The notes under the pieces are model-generated. The model saw only the letters and a program-made list of their open reading frames with translations, did not search any database and had not been told where the DNA came from. The position numbers and the translations under genes were made by a program. Below, in pieces: positions 37,983 through 50,275 of a stretch of 64,000 nucleotides of DNA. Origin of the DNA: Anthoceros angustus (Eukaryota > Plantae > Anthocerotophyta). The stretch covers positions 550,856-614,855 of the forward strand of contig MU008176.1 of NCBI GenBank assembly GCA_010909165.1, written 5' to 3'. The stretch's first letter is position 1, and every line of letters begins with the position of its first letter.

Positions 37983-39560
37983 TTACATGTGTCCTAGTTG
38001 GGGATCAACCTGGGATTCTGCTACACACATGCCAGAGACACTGTCAGGGACGACGGTAATGTTTCTAAGGCGACTGTCATCTGCGTCTTCGAAAGTGTCT
38101 ACTGCCTTCATTGCATCTGCATCATCTTCCTCTATCCCATCAACTTCTGATGTAGAAGGCCATGCTGTGTCTAGTGTTTGTTGACCCTCATCCAAAAGGT
38201 CTCCAATATGTTCTTTCATTCTCCTGGCGACAAGAGGCACAATCTGAGCCTTTCCAATTTCTTTTTCACTCACGCAAACCTCCTTGGCCCAGAACTGAGA
38301 TATTTCTCGACGGTGCGGCTCATGGGTGAGCTCCTCTTCTGCATCTAGCAATACTTCGTATCCATGCACTCGCTGCGGAATGAACTCTGCACATCTCTTG
38401 TTAGCCTCAATAGAAATACAATGGCGGCCAGACAACAAAGCAGCCATCAAAGATGTCCCACGCCCTGAACAAGCATCCACTATCCAGTCGCCTTCCTTAG
38501 AGAATGTCTTGATGAGCTTCATCATTAACCCCAAAGGCCTTTGGCCCTTCTGGCACCACTTCGGCATAGCCTCCCTCACCAAATGGGCATCTTCAACACC
38601 ATGCATGATTATCATCCGATACTGATCACATTCTGTTAAATCATGGAAGGCGTGCAAAACATTTCCACTTGCCAAACATCAAAACGTCGTCGCCGGGCCT
38701 TCTCGAAACCACAGTGGTACATCCATCACAAACAAAGAGTACCTTCTCTTCCTCACGTGCATATCGAGGATATCGTCCATGTACCTGATATTGCACCTTT
38801 TTCTCAGAATGTGGAACAGTGAATTGAAGTAGTCCATCCTCTATGTCTTGGTCGGCTAGTTGTCTTTGCTCATCTTCTAAGCCCTTCCATGTGTTCACCT
38901 CATAAATGAATTGTTGAAAATTCTCAGGGCACTTCGTTAGCACCTCAATATCCTTCTGTCAGAGACATGAAGGAAAAGCAGGAGGGCACGGCATGCCTCC
39001 CTACTGCTGGGCCAAAGGCGCCCGGCATGCAGCGCCCGCCTCAGCGGTGGGGTCCCAAAGGCGCCGATGCAGCGCCTGGCCCAGGCCTAACCTATGATGG
39101 GCGCCGACAAGCGGGCGCCCTCCGTCAAGCCGACGCCCTCCGTCAAGGAGAACATTTCATGCAATTCCAACCACTTCAAAATTGAATTGAAATTACCTTG
39201 CCCTCAAATGCCGTTTGGAATCTAGCAACAACTTCGTCAGTGGAGTGCTGAGGATACTCCTGTCTCACCATCTCGAAAGATGAATACCCGAGGTGCATGG
39301 CCATTGCCACCTGAATGATATGCAACTTTTTTCGCAAAATAATTTCATCCGACATACCCTTCAAATCGATGAGACCAGTGAGCACTTTTTCAGTTGCACT
39401 GATAAGCATTTGCTGCCCGCTTTCGCCTGTTGGAATGCCTTGAAAGCAACACCTCCTATCGACTTGGAGGCGGACCTGGAGGACTTTGGTGCTGATGACG
39501 TGGTTGTCTCGAACACGGAGAGTCAGTTCTCAGAACAGGCTCTTGGTTCAATGGATATAG
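37983..39560 (-). pseudogene. Spliced gene for a beta-class N4-cytosine/N6-adenine DNA methyltransferase (N6_N4_Mtase-like), decayed
   Basis: QRPLGLMMKLIKTFSKEGDWIVDACSGRGTSLMAALLSGRHCISIE is motif X/I-like (38454-38477). Upstream YSLFVMDVP (38715-38723) is a degenerate motif IV, giving beta order. In-frame GT-AG intron 39196-38956. Frameshifts and a stop near 38680-38720. Confidence 0.75.
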
Positions 39561-41075
39561 TGACACAAGAGTACATCTTGGCAAATGTTTAGACGGCGGA
39601 TCCGGAAGATTAGGTCTGATAGTACAGTGTTTGCAGTTGTTGTTGTGGGTGTGAAACCTTTTTCGAAGAAGAATGATGAAAACCAGGTGTGGACATAAGG
39701 GTGCATTGAAGAGGGAAGGTAGATTAATCATAAATGCATGGCTATGCAAAGGAGGTAAGATGGAAAGAGAATGATACCCACAGGGGGAGAGATAGAGTTA
39801 CTAGTAACTGCTATGTAGGAAAAGCAAGAGGGGAAGAATAAAATACCGGTGGGAGAGGGGAGCTCATTGTCACAATCATATTGCAACACAAAGAGGGAAA
39901 CAATAAAGAAATGGGTGTCATACTGGAGCTGGCTATCGACGGCATGGACCAAAAGAAGACCGAGCTGCCCCATTTCATTCGATACCCAAAAGATTTATCG
40001 GACGATTCACTTATTAATGTTCATGTAGTAGTGTGGTATAATTACACTTTCAAGGCGAGAGCGTATTTGCATTATGCCAATTTATGGAATGGCGAATCTT
40101 ACTATCAACATAATTCAAGATGTCATATTTTCATATGAAGGGGTGCTTCCTAAAGTGCTTTATCTCCAGCTTGACATGCTCGTTGACCTCAATATGCTTG
40201 TTGACCTTCAAGTGTTTGTTAAAGTGAAGGTTAGTTTCCTTCTGGTTGGTCACACACATGATCAAGTAGATCAAATGTTTTCTTGTTTCTCGAAGCTTCT
40301 GAGACACAAAGAAGCTTTTACAATAGATACACTGGCGGACATTTTGACAGCATCATTCACTCCAAAACCGGAAGTGAAGATTATAACGGAAGTAGCTGAC
40401 TTTCGTTCATATGTATGGCCGATCAAGAAAGGAGCAAGAGGATATGCATACAAGGCTGCAGTAAAATAGCTGAACAACCTTTCCTTCCAACATCAATTCA
40501 AAATCACACGGGAAGAACGGCAAGACCATGGCCACGTTTACATTGTTCCACGATGGATATTCCACTTCACCGATCAGGAATCGAAGATGGTTTAGAATTT
40601 TTGAACTTCGTTCCCACCATTGCAGTTGGTCCAGCTCTGCTTATATATGGCTTTGAAAGCAAAAGACAAAAAGGGGCAAGATGGAGGTCTGTCGCCCATA
40701 GAAGGTGTGGCACACTTGAAGAATAGGTTATTGAACTTGAGGACGTACATAACGGCGGCCGAGAGAGTGTGGTGGAGGTTGTTTTGGGTTGATCAGGAGG
40801 GAATCGCCATTATTGTGGAGAACAACATAGCTCTTGTGCTGAAACAGCCATGGAGATGGTACAATAGAGCGGAGGCATAGGCGAACTTGCCTCCGCTTCA
40901 AGTCCCTGAAGAGATTGTCCTTGACAAAGCATTACTCAGAGAGGTACCCCAACGCGATATGTATTTGGGGGCATATCGAATATTAATTATATGACAACAA
41001 ATTGAAAAATGAATGGGGATATCAAGGAGATACGGAAAGGAATGTTCATCGCTACTCCATGTGCAGGAGACGCAC
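39560..41075 (+). pseudogene. Sola-like DDD transposase core, decayed
   Basis: LAIDGMDQKKTELP (39935-), LYLQLD (40158-40175), FLLVGHTHDQVDQMFS (40248-40283). Many stops. Ends EIRKGMFIATPCAGD. Confidence 0.7.
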
Positions 41076-41099
41076 ATAACATGCCAGGCCGGTTGTTTT

Positions 41100-41976
41100 T
41101 TCCCAGAATTTTACTGTGGCTGGCCGTATACTAGGTGCACGTTGTCTGTGGGCGCCGGCATGTCGGCGCCCATACACTCCCCGCACCCTATGTACAGAGA
41201 GGAACTTCTATCCATTCCCATCTCGCGTGGTTAGCGCGATAACAAGAAGCAACAACTGCATTTTACTGCCGAGTTCATGGGCATATTAATAAACCTCATG
41301 CCTTGGGACAATACGACAATGAGCAGATGTGGGTGACACTTTTGTGAGTGCGGGAGCTTTGTCTCAGGTTTGAATTGATAACATCGTATTAATGAGCGGC
41401 AAGAATAAAGTCGGCGCTGTTTCAGCCTTCTTAGGGTGAGTCCCATAGAGAACTATATAATTGTGAATATCTACTACTTGCCATGCTCGCCTATTTTCCA
41501 AGGGCATGTTCTCAGACAGTTTGGCCCTTTCAAACATCTGGCAGACAATTTCACTCCTCGCCAGACTGAATTCCTTCATCCAATATAGGACCTCCGTCAT
41601 GACTTCACAGTCATCGTCCTCTCCTGGTTGCAGAAAAGGGCGAAGCTGATTTAGTTTTGCGAATGGCCTTCTTATCTGAAGCATACAAGTGTTTCCTTCC
41701 ATTCAAGTTGAATCCATAATAGAGAATTATAGTCTTGTCCACAAACAACCGTTGGATGTTCTTTGGTAATCCTCTTTTTCCCACCTGCTTCCCATGTCCC
41801 GTTTGTCGTGCGTCTGGTCCCCGAACAAAAAATTCTTCAACATATTTCCCTTCAAACGCATCAGTGTGCTCAGTTCTGTACCAGTGGACCATTAGCGAAG
41901 GCTTCTCACAATCAAAGTCCACGCTGTCCACCTTCCCAATCCAAAATGCCCTGCGTATAAAAAATGCATATTGCAA
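41100..41976 (-). pseudogene. Probable transposase C-terminal domain plus start of a second ORF, inverted relative to the core
   Basis: RAFWIGKVDSVDFD...MVHWY...FEGKY...ILYYGFNL, then PFLQPGEDDDC...VVDIHNYIVLYGTH. Confidence 0.45.
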
Positions 41977-43621
41977 AGCATAGCAGGCCCTCTGTAACCC
42001 CCGGCCAACATGGACTCAAATATGGGCATGTTTTGCAGGCAAAATTGCATTCAGTCTTCCAACAAATCCCTTTGTTTGGCCACCCCATGTCATGAACTCA
42101 TGTTCAAGTACCTGTGGCACCCTTTTTTTCCCTCTTACTTTCGAACAAATAGTCCAAGAAGGGTTTGAGTGCCCATGTTGCCGCCGGTTATTTGTATAAA
42201 GTGGGAAAACGCCGCTTCCTGTTTATTCCGACAGAAAGAACATTATGGTGTTAGACCCTTTCACAAAAGACAAGCTCATATCAAGAGTGTTGTGAGGAGG
42301 CCAAAGCTATGACTCCGAGAGCAATGTGTGAAGAATTTACGTGTTTGTTCTCGTGGGGGGAGTGTGTTTGTGCCACGACGTGCGCTTCCTGGTGTGCCTA
42401 GGGCTCGATCGATCTGCCTCTTGCTCACACCAATGTGCCGCAAAAGCGTTGAAACCAAGTGGTTGCCTTAGATGTCTTCAGACAAGATGATGTTAAACAG
42501 GGTGTTCCTCGCTTGCAGATGTAAGGTCAAGGAACTGGTGGGCTAATTTGCGAGCCACATCCTACTTCCGATGCGTAGAGCATTCCCGAACACTAGAATT
42601 TGCAGCAAGAGCCCGCTAACGCTCTCTATGCCCCTGAACTCGGACACTTGATGCCTTCACACCCGCATCTTCTAGCCTGACCAAAGCAGTAGCTAAACCT
42701 GCCCTTTGTTCATCTTCTGCTACTTGAGGCTCCTCCCCTGATCTCTGCTCCTGTGGCATTCGCAAATGGATTGCTACTCTCCTTCCTTGGAGCTCCAAAG
42801 AACTTGCTTCAGTGCGAGTTGCTTCTATTTGTAGAGAAAGTGCTCGCCATTCTCGCAAACGCCGTTTGTTCACGGACCTGACCTTGTTACCGTTTGTGCA
42901 GGTACCAGTGGTTTTGAAGGTTCATGTGACTTAGTCACCATCAACCCAGCGGAGTCATTGGGCGCCCCAAATAAACAGCAGCAAAAAGAAAAGCCCTTTA
43001 CCGGCACTCACAGCTACATTGTGGAGGTATCGGGCTCCGAACACTACTAGCAGCACATGCAGCCCACGTTCGGCTAGAGTGTGCCTGGCAGACATCTTAA
43101 AGCCTCCTCAGCCCCGACCTTTGCCTGGGACCTCCTGCACTCTCAATTGACCTTACCACTGCAATGCCTACATACAAAAAAACCACCACACCATCATCTT
43201 CTAGCATGTTGGCCTCCTCACTTTCGTGGCGTCACGAACCAAGTCTACTTCCTCACAGCGGGTGGTGTGCCGCAAGCATTTGGGTCGTTGACTTAAACCC
43301 TGCCGACCCCGTTACCCATGTTCAAAGTCTTAAAACTTGTTTTGAACTTGCGCATGGGCAGGCAGGTTCCCCCTGGTTCGTAAAAATATCGTGACAAATG
43401 GTTGCTTAGTGAGACAATGCCCGTCCCAAGTAGTCTCAATATTCATAGTTTAATTTTAAATTTTATTCCTAGGTAAAAGTAATCTATTTCTATACTCTGT
43501 AAAAAAATCAGATAGTTTAGTCAAGAAATAAATTAAATAAAATTATTAACGTTATGTAATGACAAAATAATAGCCTTTCAGCTTTTTCTCACTAATGTCT
43601 GCACCAAACCGTGCTTGCACC

Positions 43622-45013
43622 CAGCCCTCGGCATCGGCATATTCCTAAGATATCCTATTGCCATTAGCATATGCCACAAATATCCTAAGAATACACTATA
43701 ATATGCAAGAAATGTCCTAAAGCATATTACTCGTGCTTACCCACTTAGCTATTGCTAACCATATTTAATTAGCACTAACCAAAACTTAATTAACATAAGC
43801 ACTTTAGATTAATTAATACTAATTACTTACTTAAGATTTGTTACTTACTTAAAGATATGTGATCATATTAATTAAGCTAATCAAACACTAAACCCAAACG
43901 CTCATATTAGTGTCGCATGGCATGATAGCTGTCGCACGAGGTAAGCACTTGCATTCATATGAGCACTTCCTCAACAGACAACCAAGCAAAACAAATCTAA
44001 TATGCAAATATAGGTGCAAACCAATCCCCCCTAATAATGTGAGTCTCCAAGTCAAAACATTATCAATAGTAGGACTTCACATGTACGCACCTCATGTAGC
44101 GCATTCTGCACAAAACCATTCTTCTTTAGGCCTCGTCTAGAGGTTATGAACCTTGTCCATGAGTGCTATATACAAACTTGGCATATGATGAGCATACCCG
44201 AAATCCTGTTGTGCACCAGTCGTGCGATCAGTACTGGAATGGGGTGGAGTGTGTCATGCCGTGTGACATAGTTAAGCACCCTAGGCATGGATCCGTACCA
44301 AGTGGGGAGTGTCATGCCATATGACACTAGTTAAGCACCCTAGGCATGGATCAGTACTAGGATGAGGTGAGTCATGCCCGTGTGACACTAATATGAGCGT
44401 TGGGTTTCATGTTTGATTAATGTTAATTAATCTAATTACATATATAAGTAAGTGATTAGTATTAATTAATCCAAAGTATAAGCACCCTAGGCATGTATGA
44501 CACTAGTTAAGCACCCTAGGCATGGATCAATATTGGGATGGGGTGTGTCATGCCGTGACACTAATATGAGCACTTAGGTTTCGTGTTTGATTAGTATTAA
44601 TTAATCTAATTACTTATATAAGTAAGTAATTAACATTAATTAATCTAAAGTGTAAGCACCCTAGGCATGGATCAGTATTGTGATGGGGTGTGTCATACCA
44701 TGTGATACTAATCTCACTGGTGTGTCATGCCATGTGACACTAATCTCACTGCTTGGGTTTAGTATTGAATTAGTGTTAATTAATCTAATTACTTATATAA
44801 GTAAGTAATTAGTGTTAATTAATCTAAAGTGCTTATGTTAATTAAGCATTGATTCGTGTTAAGTAAACATGGTTAGCAATAGCTAAGTGGATAAGCACGA
44901 GTAATATGCTTTAGGATATTCCTTGCATATTATAGTATATTCTTAGGATATTTTTGGCATATGTTGATCATGAGGCAATAGGATATCTTAGGAATAGCCT
45001 ATGCTGAGGGCTA
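43622..45013. repeat. Foldback structure: ~300-bp inverted arms around internal ~60-bp tandem repeats
   Basis: 43622-43925 is the reverse complement of ~44720-45013; GTGTCATGCC.TGTGACACTA(GTTAAGCACCCTAGGCATGGATC) is repeated at 44230-44720. Confidence 0.8.
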
Positions 45014-45329
45014 GTATAACTAGACTCTTTAACAAAAGACAAGTTCATATCATAGCTTGTCCTCTAGATATGCAATGCAAGAGTGTTGTGAGGAGGCCAA
45101 AGCCATGACTCTGAGAGCGATGTGTGAGGAATTTGCGTGTTCGTTCTCATGGGGAGAGTGTGTTCGTATTAGGCAAGTTAGGCGATGCTAAGGCGCGCAA
45201 GGCTTAGTGTGCTAGGCTTGTTAGGCGTGCTAGTGTCCTAAGTGTGCTAGGCGGTTTTGTTCACTCGGATATTTGTGGTCCATTTCCACATTCTTCAAAT
45301 CAAGGGTATCAATATTTTGTTGCCTTGAT

Positions 45330-47420
45330 TTTTCTGGGCTTGTTCAAGTGCAACACTTACCGACACCGCTTAGCATAATTGAACAGCAATAACCACCCAA
45401 GATGCGATACCAGTAGTAAAACAGCTGATGGTTTCGACACAAACATAGGCTTGAGAAGAAATAGATTGACGACTTCTGGACGAAAGGGTGGATATAATTA
45501 TCAAAAATGAAGGAATACCTGACCAAGATTGAATGCTCTTGATAAGTATGCTGGTGGGGCGTGCAGAAGGAATGGAAACCCTAAAATCACTTGCATTGTG
45601 CATCATGCGCACCAGCTCGTCAGCAAGGGTGTATCCAGAGAGGGCACGACATAGTATCCTGGCAGCACTGTGCAGCAGTACCTGAACCAGTGCAGCATGC
45701 GAAAGTGCTGTTACAACCTCTCTCAGTGACAAGGCCTGCAAACGTGAATGGGTATGTTGTGTCTGCAAAATCGTGGGTAGGAAGAAACACAAATACATTA
45801 AGAAGGTGGCTGACCATCAACATCAAGAGAATTCGTAGGATTAAATGTATCTACGCTGTTTTGTTACTACCTAGCGAACGGAGATGGATTCTTCGTCCCC
45901 GATCTGTGTGCAGCATGTCGTGCCTCTCCACATGAAGTAGAACCTTGTCGCGGACCTTTACTTTCGGCAGTTCCTCATAGTCCCCGGGAGTCTGTCTGCT
46001 CCTTGCCTGCATCTTACATGATGTTCTGTGGAGAGTGCGCTTAATTATGCGCCAAGACTGCAATTGGGGCTGGCATAGGGACCTGGCTAGTAGCCGTCAA
46101 ATGGCACCCGCGTTCCTGGTGCTGTTTGCTCTGTCCTCCACTTCATGACTCTACCGTCGGGTGCAGAATTAGGAAGAGAGTGAGAGTGATGAAATTACTC
46201 GGGTCCGATCCTATCTTTGTTCCATTAACCTCAACCTGAATGTGCTGCCAGTGCTGTCCTTGTTGTGCTTTCGTGTGGGAGTCTGCTATCTCTGGTCACT
46301 ACAGACAGCCACCATCAACGATAGCTCCGCGACATCTACTGTGCTCTACGGAAAAAGTGTGCGGCCACATAAAGACATTAGAAAAAATCCATTCGCTACC
46401 ATAAGAAAATGTGGAAGGCAAACCCCCTTACTCTATCACAACCAGTAACAGGGGCTACCACTGCATGCTCGGCAGCTCTGCCAAGACGGACTGAATACCT
46501 ATACAGGACACGGCCAATCCCGACGGCACACGGCAACCATATCATGGGCAGCCTGTCGCTTACTGGTTACTATTTGGCACTATGCACACTGTACATTGCG
46601 GAATCGTCTCACAAGAGATGCTCCTTCATCTGTCCAGACTCAACACTGGGAGGATGCGCATCTTCTGGGCCAAGTGGGGCATGTGCTTGTACACGTACGA
46701 AAGTTGTGCAGCAAGAGATTTCAAATCTCAGCTGAATGGGAACACTGTTCATGGGTTTGTTGCCTCATAGCACCAATTTACATCAAAGATGAGCATGATG
46801 CCCTCCTGGGTCTTCGTGCAGCGTTAGAGGTCGGTTGGTCCATGTGAACAACAATGGCTTCAATGGCATCATACTGCCAGCTTTATTGTACTGCAGAAGA
46901 CCTTGACAATGAATGGCAGCAGATTCAACATGTTGCCTGCCTAGACCTGCTGAAAAGATCCTGCCCCCACCAAAAGTCGCGGACTTCTTCACCAGAATAA
47001 AGACGTGCAAAGCTTGCCTTGCAGAACTTCGCACACCTAAAGTGTTCTACACCAGCAGCTGTGCCGTTCCTCAAGTACATGGTTACAAGCAGAGATTAGA
47101 GCAAGCAGCCTATCCATCTGCTGGGGAAAAGAGGCAACCCAGGGATTGAATTTGTCAGAACGGGGTTGTCGAGAGACATGGTTGCCAGACTGGAAGCCTC
47201 TTAACACTCCTCCGGATGATGTCAAGCACATATGCACAAATCCGAGGGGGCTGGCCAGCTCACAATGCCTGTAGCCTGTGAAGATGTAGGGAGAACTATC
47301 CCTAGGTGTTCCTCAAATACATCCGGGGCCAGAACCATTGTGTCGTTTCCGTCAAGCACAGCACAGATCTTGAATCCTAGTGGTGAAGGCACCACTTAAT
47401 TCACATTATAAAGCGAGACA
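45330..47420 (-). pseudogene. Degenerate L1-like LINE ORF2, 3' part
   Basis: Eroded post-RT motifs: HLGIVL, SLDNPVLTNSIPGLPLF, GGGRIFSAGLG, and zf-RVT-like KVRDKVLLHVERHDMLHTDR. Many stops. Confidence 0.4.
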
Positions 47421-47543
47421 TTCCCGTATAGGATCCTGTTCTCGACAACCTGTTCATTAGCAGATCTTCAGAATATGGTGGGGGGTACTCGTCCCTTTTG
47501 GGAAGAGACAAGAAACCAATGGGATCAGTGGGATGGCTGATGA

Positions 47544-50275
47544 TCATATTCGTCTTTGGGAATCTGTTGAACCCCGCTCCAATAATTCATTAAGCACCAC
47601 TCGCATTTTGTCCAGCGATATGGGCTTCAACAAGACACGGTCCATCCCCAGGCTCATGCATCTCTCTCTTGTATTGCGGTCGGTGTTAGCAGTGAGTGCA
47701 ACCAGCAGGGGCCTTTCATGCCTGGCAAATTTCTCCTGAATCCGGACAGCAACTTCATAGCCATCCATGTCAGGCATGCAGACATCCAGTAACAGAACTC
47801 GAAAATTCTGACCAGGTTGTGAAATAACTTGAAGGCATTCTTTGCCTGAGCTGACCACAGTAACATCACATCCCAGGCGGATTAGGAGTCCCCTGGTGAC
47901 CATACGGTTGACCCTGAACAGGACAAACAATGCACAAAATCCAGATTACAACAGGCCTCCCACAACAGCTATCCCCTAAAGCTCACTGGTACCACAATAA
48001 GAAATATAAGGTCCATACCCATTGTCGTCTGTCACAAGCACCCTAACTCCACTGAAATCTGTTCTGAGGTGAGCTGGAGGGACAGGAGGCACAATTTTCC
48101 GGTCCAAATCAGTCACCATCTCTGGGAGGGCCAGCTTCACTATAAATGTGACCACCGAACCCTTGGCTAATCCCTCACTCTCAATCCAGATATGCCCATC
48201 CATAAGGTTGACAAATCTGTAAGAAGGCAGCAAGACAGATGGGTAAGACTATACATAATCAGAACAGCAATTGACAGCAAATAGCATGTCTACATGACCC
48301 TCCAACACTAACCGTTTACAAATTGCCAATCCCAATCCAGTTCCACCATAGTTCCTCGTAGTTGTGGAGTCCGCTTGCACAAACTTGTTAAATAGTTTGG
48401 GGATATCTTGGGCACTGAGCCCTAAGCCTGTATCCCGTACCTGTGAGAGATTTCAAGGCCTTGGTCAAAATCAAAGCACAAGGACAGGACGTAGAGAACT
48501 GTGTCACAACAGACAGATGCACCAAAAGGCTTCTCGGCCAGAGTCCATACCTGTACCCTAATGTAGCAGTGGTGATCACCTTGTACTGGCCGAAACTCAG
48601 GAAACCGAGGGTCCCTGACATAGTCAGGACGTTCTAGGCAAACAGTGACAGTCACACTGCCTTCCTTTGTAAATTTCACAGCGTTGCCAACCACATTTAG
48701 AGCGGTCTGCATCAGTCTCTTGTCATCACCAACTGCAAACTCTGGAAGTTCTGTTGCTAGACTCAAGGAGACTGTAAGCTTCTTCACGGAAGCAATTGGT
48801 TTTACCAAATTTAGCACCTGGAGCACAGTGCTACTATCAGTCTCAATGAAGGCTTCAGATCATGAAAGTGAAGTGCGGATAGCGCGAAGTCATACACACC
48901 TCTCTGAAAACAGCTGGAAGGTTGAAAGTTCGTGAATCAAGCTCAAGACTCCCATCTTCCAAGCGAGAAAGGTCCAAGACGTCATTGATAAGAGTAGCCA
49001 ACAAGTTGCTGCTCTTCAACACAGTCTCCACCATTGACCTCTGCTCAGGAGTTAGCTCTGTCTCTTGCAGCAGTGATGAGAGAGCAATAATAGCATGCAT
49101 TGGAGTTCTCATTTCATGATTCATCACTGCCAGAAAGTCATTGCGAGCACGTATGGCTGTCTCTGCTTCCCTTCGAGCCATATCAAGAGCAACATTCTGC
49201 TCCATAAGAAGATCTCGAGCCTTCAAGGACTCTTCAAGAATAGCAGCATGTGAGAGGGCTACCGCCACCTACACAAACAAAAATACAGTGATTTGTGAGC
49301 TCCAGAAGCAAGCTGCAATAGATCATATCAACGAAACACCAGAGAGAACAAGAGAAGGATAACTACCTGATCAGCTACGACTTCAACCAACTCCAACTCA
49401 TGTACATGCCACCTCCGTGCACTATCAGAAGGCAACATGAGCACCATGAGCGCAAAAGGACGCTTTGCTGTGTCCGGCCAGTCGCCAATGTGAAAGTTTG
49501 TAAGGTGCAACAAGGGCACCCGGACAGCGACAACATCTCCTGTCATATACTTTCCAGCTCTCGGCCTGGTGATTGCAACAGGACTGTTGGGGGAGATGAC
49601 AACTGCTCGATTGCTGCTAAAGACCTGCTTGATAGTGGGATGCTGGATGGGAACTGTAAGTGCCAGTGGGCTGGGTTGCCGTAAGGTGTGGGAAAGCTGT
49701 AAATCCATACCGTTCCGAACTGGCATCCACAACGTACACTCTTCCAGAGCTAGAGTCTTGCCAAGCTCCACAAGCGTGGTATTTAAGATGGTATTCTTGT
49801 CCAACGTGCTCCGGATCTCATGAGTAAGCATCCGCACATGCCGCCCTGTCTCTTCCTGCGTCCTGATAAGTCCCATCTCCCTATCCAGCTCCGCAGCCTT
49901 ATTCTTTAGAAACAACTCCCTCGTCTTCACACTGAGCAGATCAGGGATAATGTGAACCAACATGAGGGCAGTGGCACATGACACCAACGCAGTAAGGACC
50001 TTCGCCGTGGTCATGACCTGCGCCACTGTCCGGGAGTGACTGGTGAAAGTCCATAAGCTAATCAAGTGCGTGGCACCACATAACACGATGAAAGCCCCGA
50101 ACTGCACCAACACCCATCGGTAGGGAAACACAGCAGACTTCTTCACGAAATATATCAGCTCCAATGGGATGGAGAAATAGGCCAGGGCAATGAAGAAGTC
50201 CGAAATGTACTGGTATCTCATCAACAGGTCATCCGAGGGCCACAGCGGTTCCACACAGTTGCAGTGGATGTCCAT
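47544..50275 (-). CDS. ETR1: Ethylene receptor, subfamily I, with receiver domain; 746 aa, intact
   Basis: Exons 50275-49367, 49268-48900, 48817-48551, 48440-48313, 48216-48019, 47913-47544 (2241 nt, all GT-AG). IVLCGATH Cu-binding helix, GAF domain, MNHEMRTP H-box, N/G1/F/G2 boxes, receiver LLDVCMP. Confidence 0.97.

Larger units (their letters stand above)
37597..42252. mobile_element. Sola-like DNA transposon (4656 bp) carrying a DNA methyltransferase gene
   Basis: 30-bp TIRs AACACCATAATGTTCTTTC[C/T]GTCG[A/G]AATAA at 37597-37626 and 42223-42252; 4-bp TSD AGAC (37593-37596, 42253-42256); single AGAC at the paralogous empty site (45022-45025). The Sola label rests on transposase motifs and the 4-bp TSD. 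Confidence 0.85.

Noticed and set aside
37983-38675. Bacterial contamination as the source of the methyltransferase
   Set aside because: The gene has a spliceosomal intron and sits in an element with TIRs, a TSD and an empty-site paralog in plant repeat DNA.
42480-43400. LINE remnant
   Set aside because: Only a YLG.P-like word; too little to assign.
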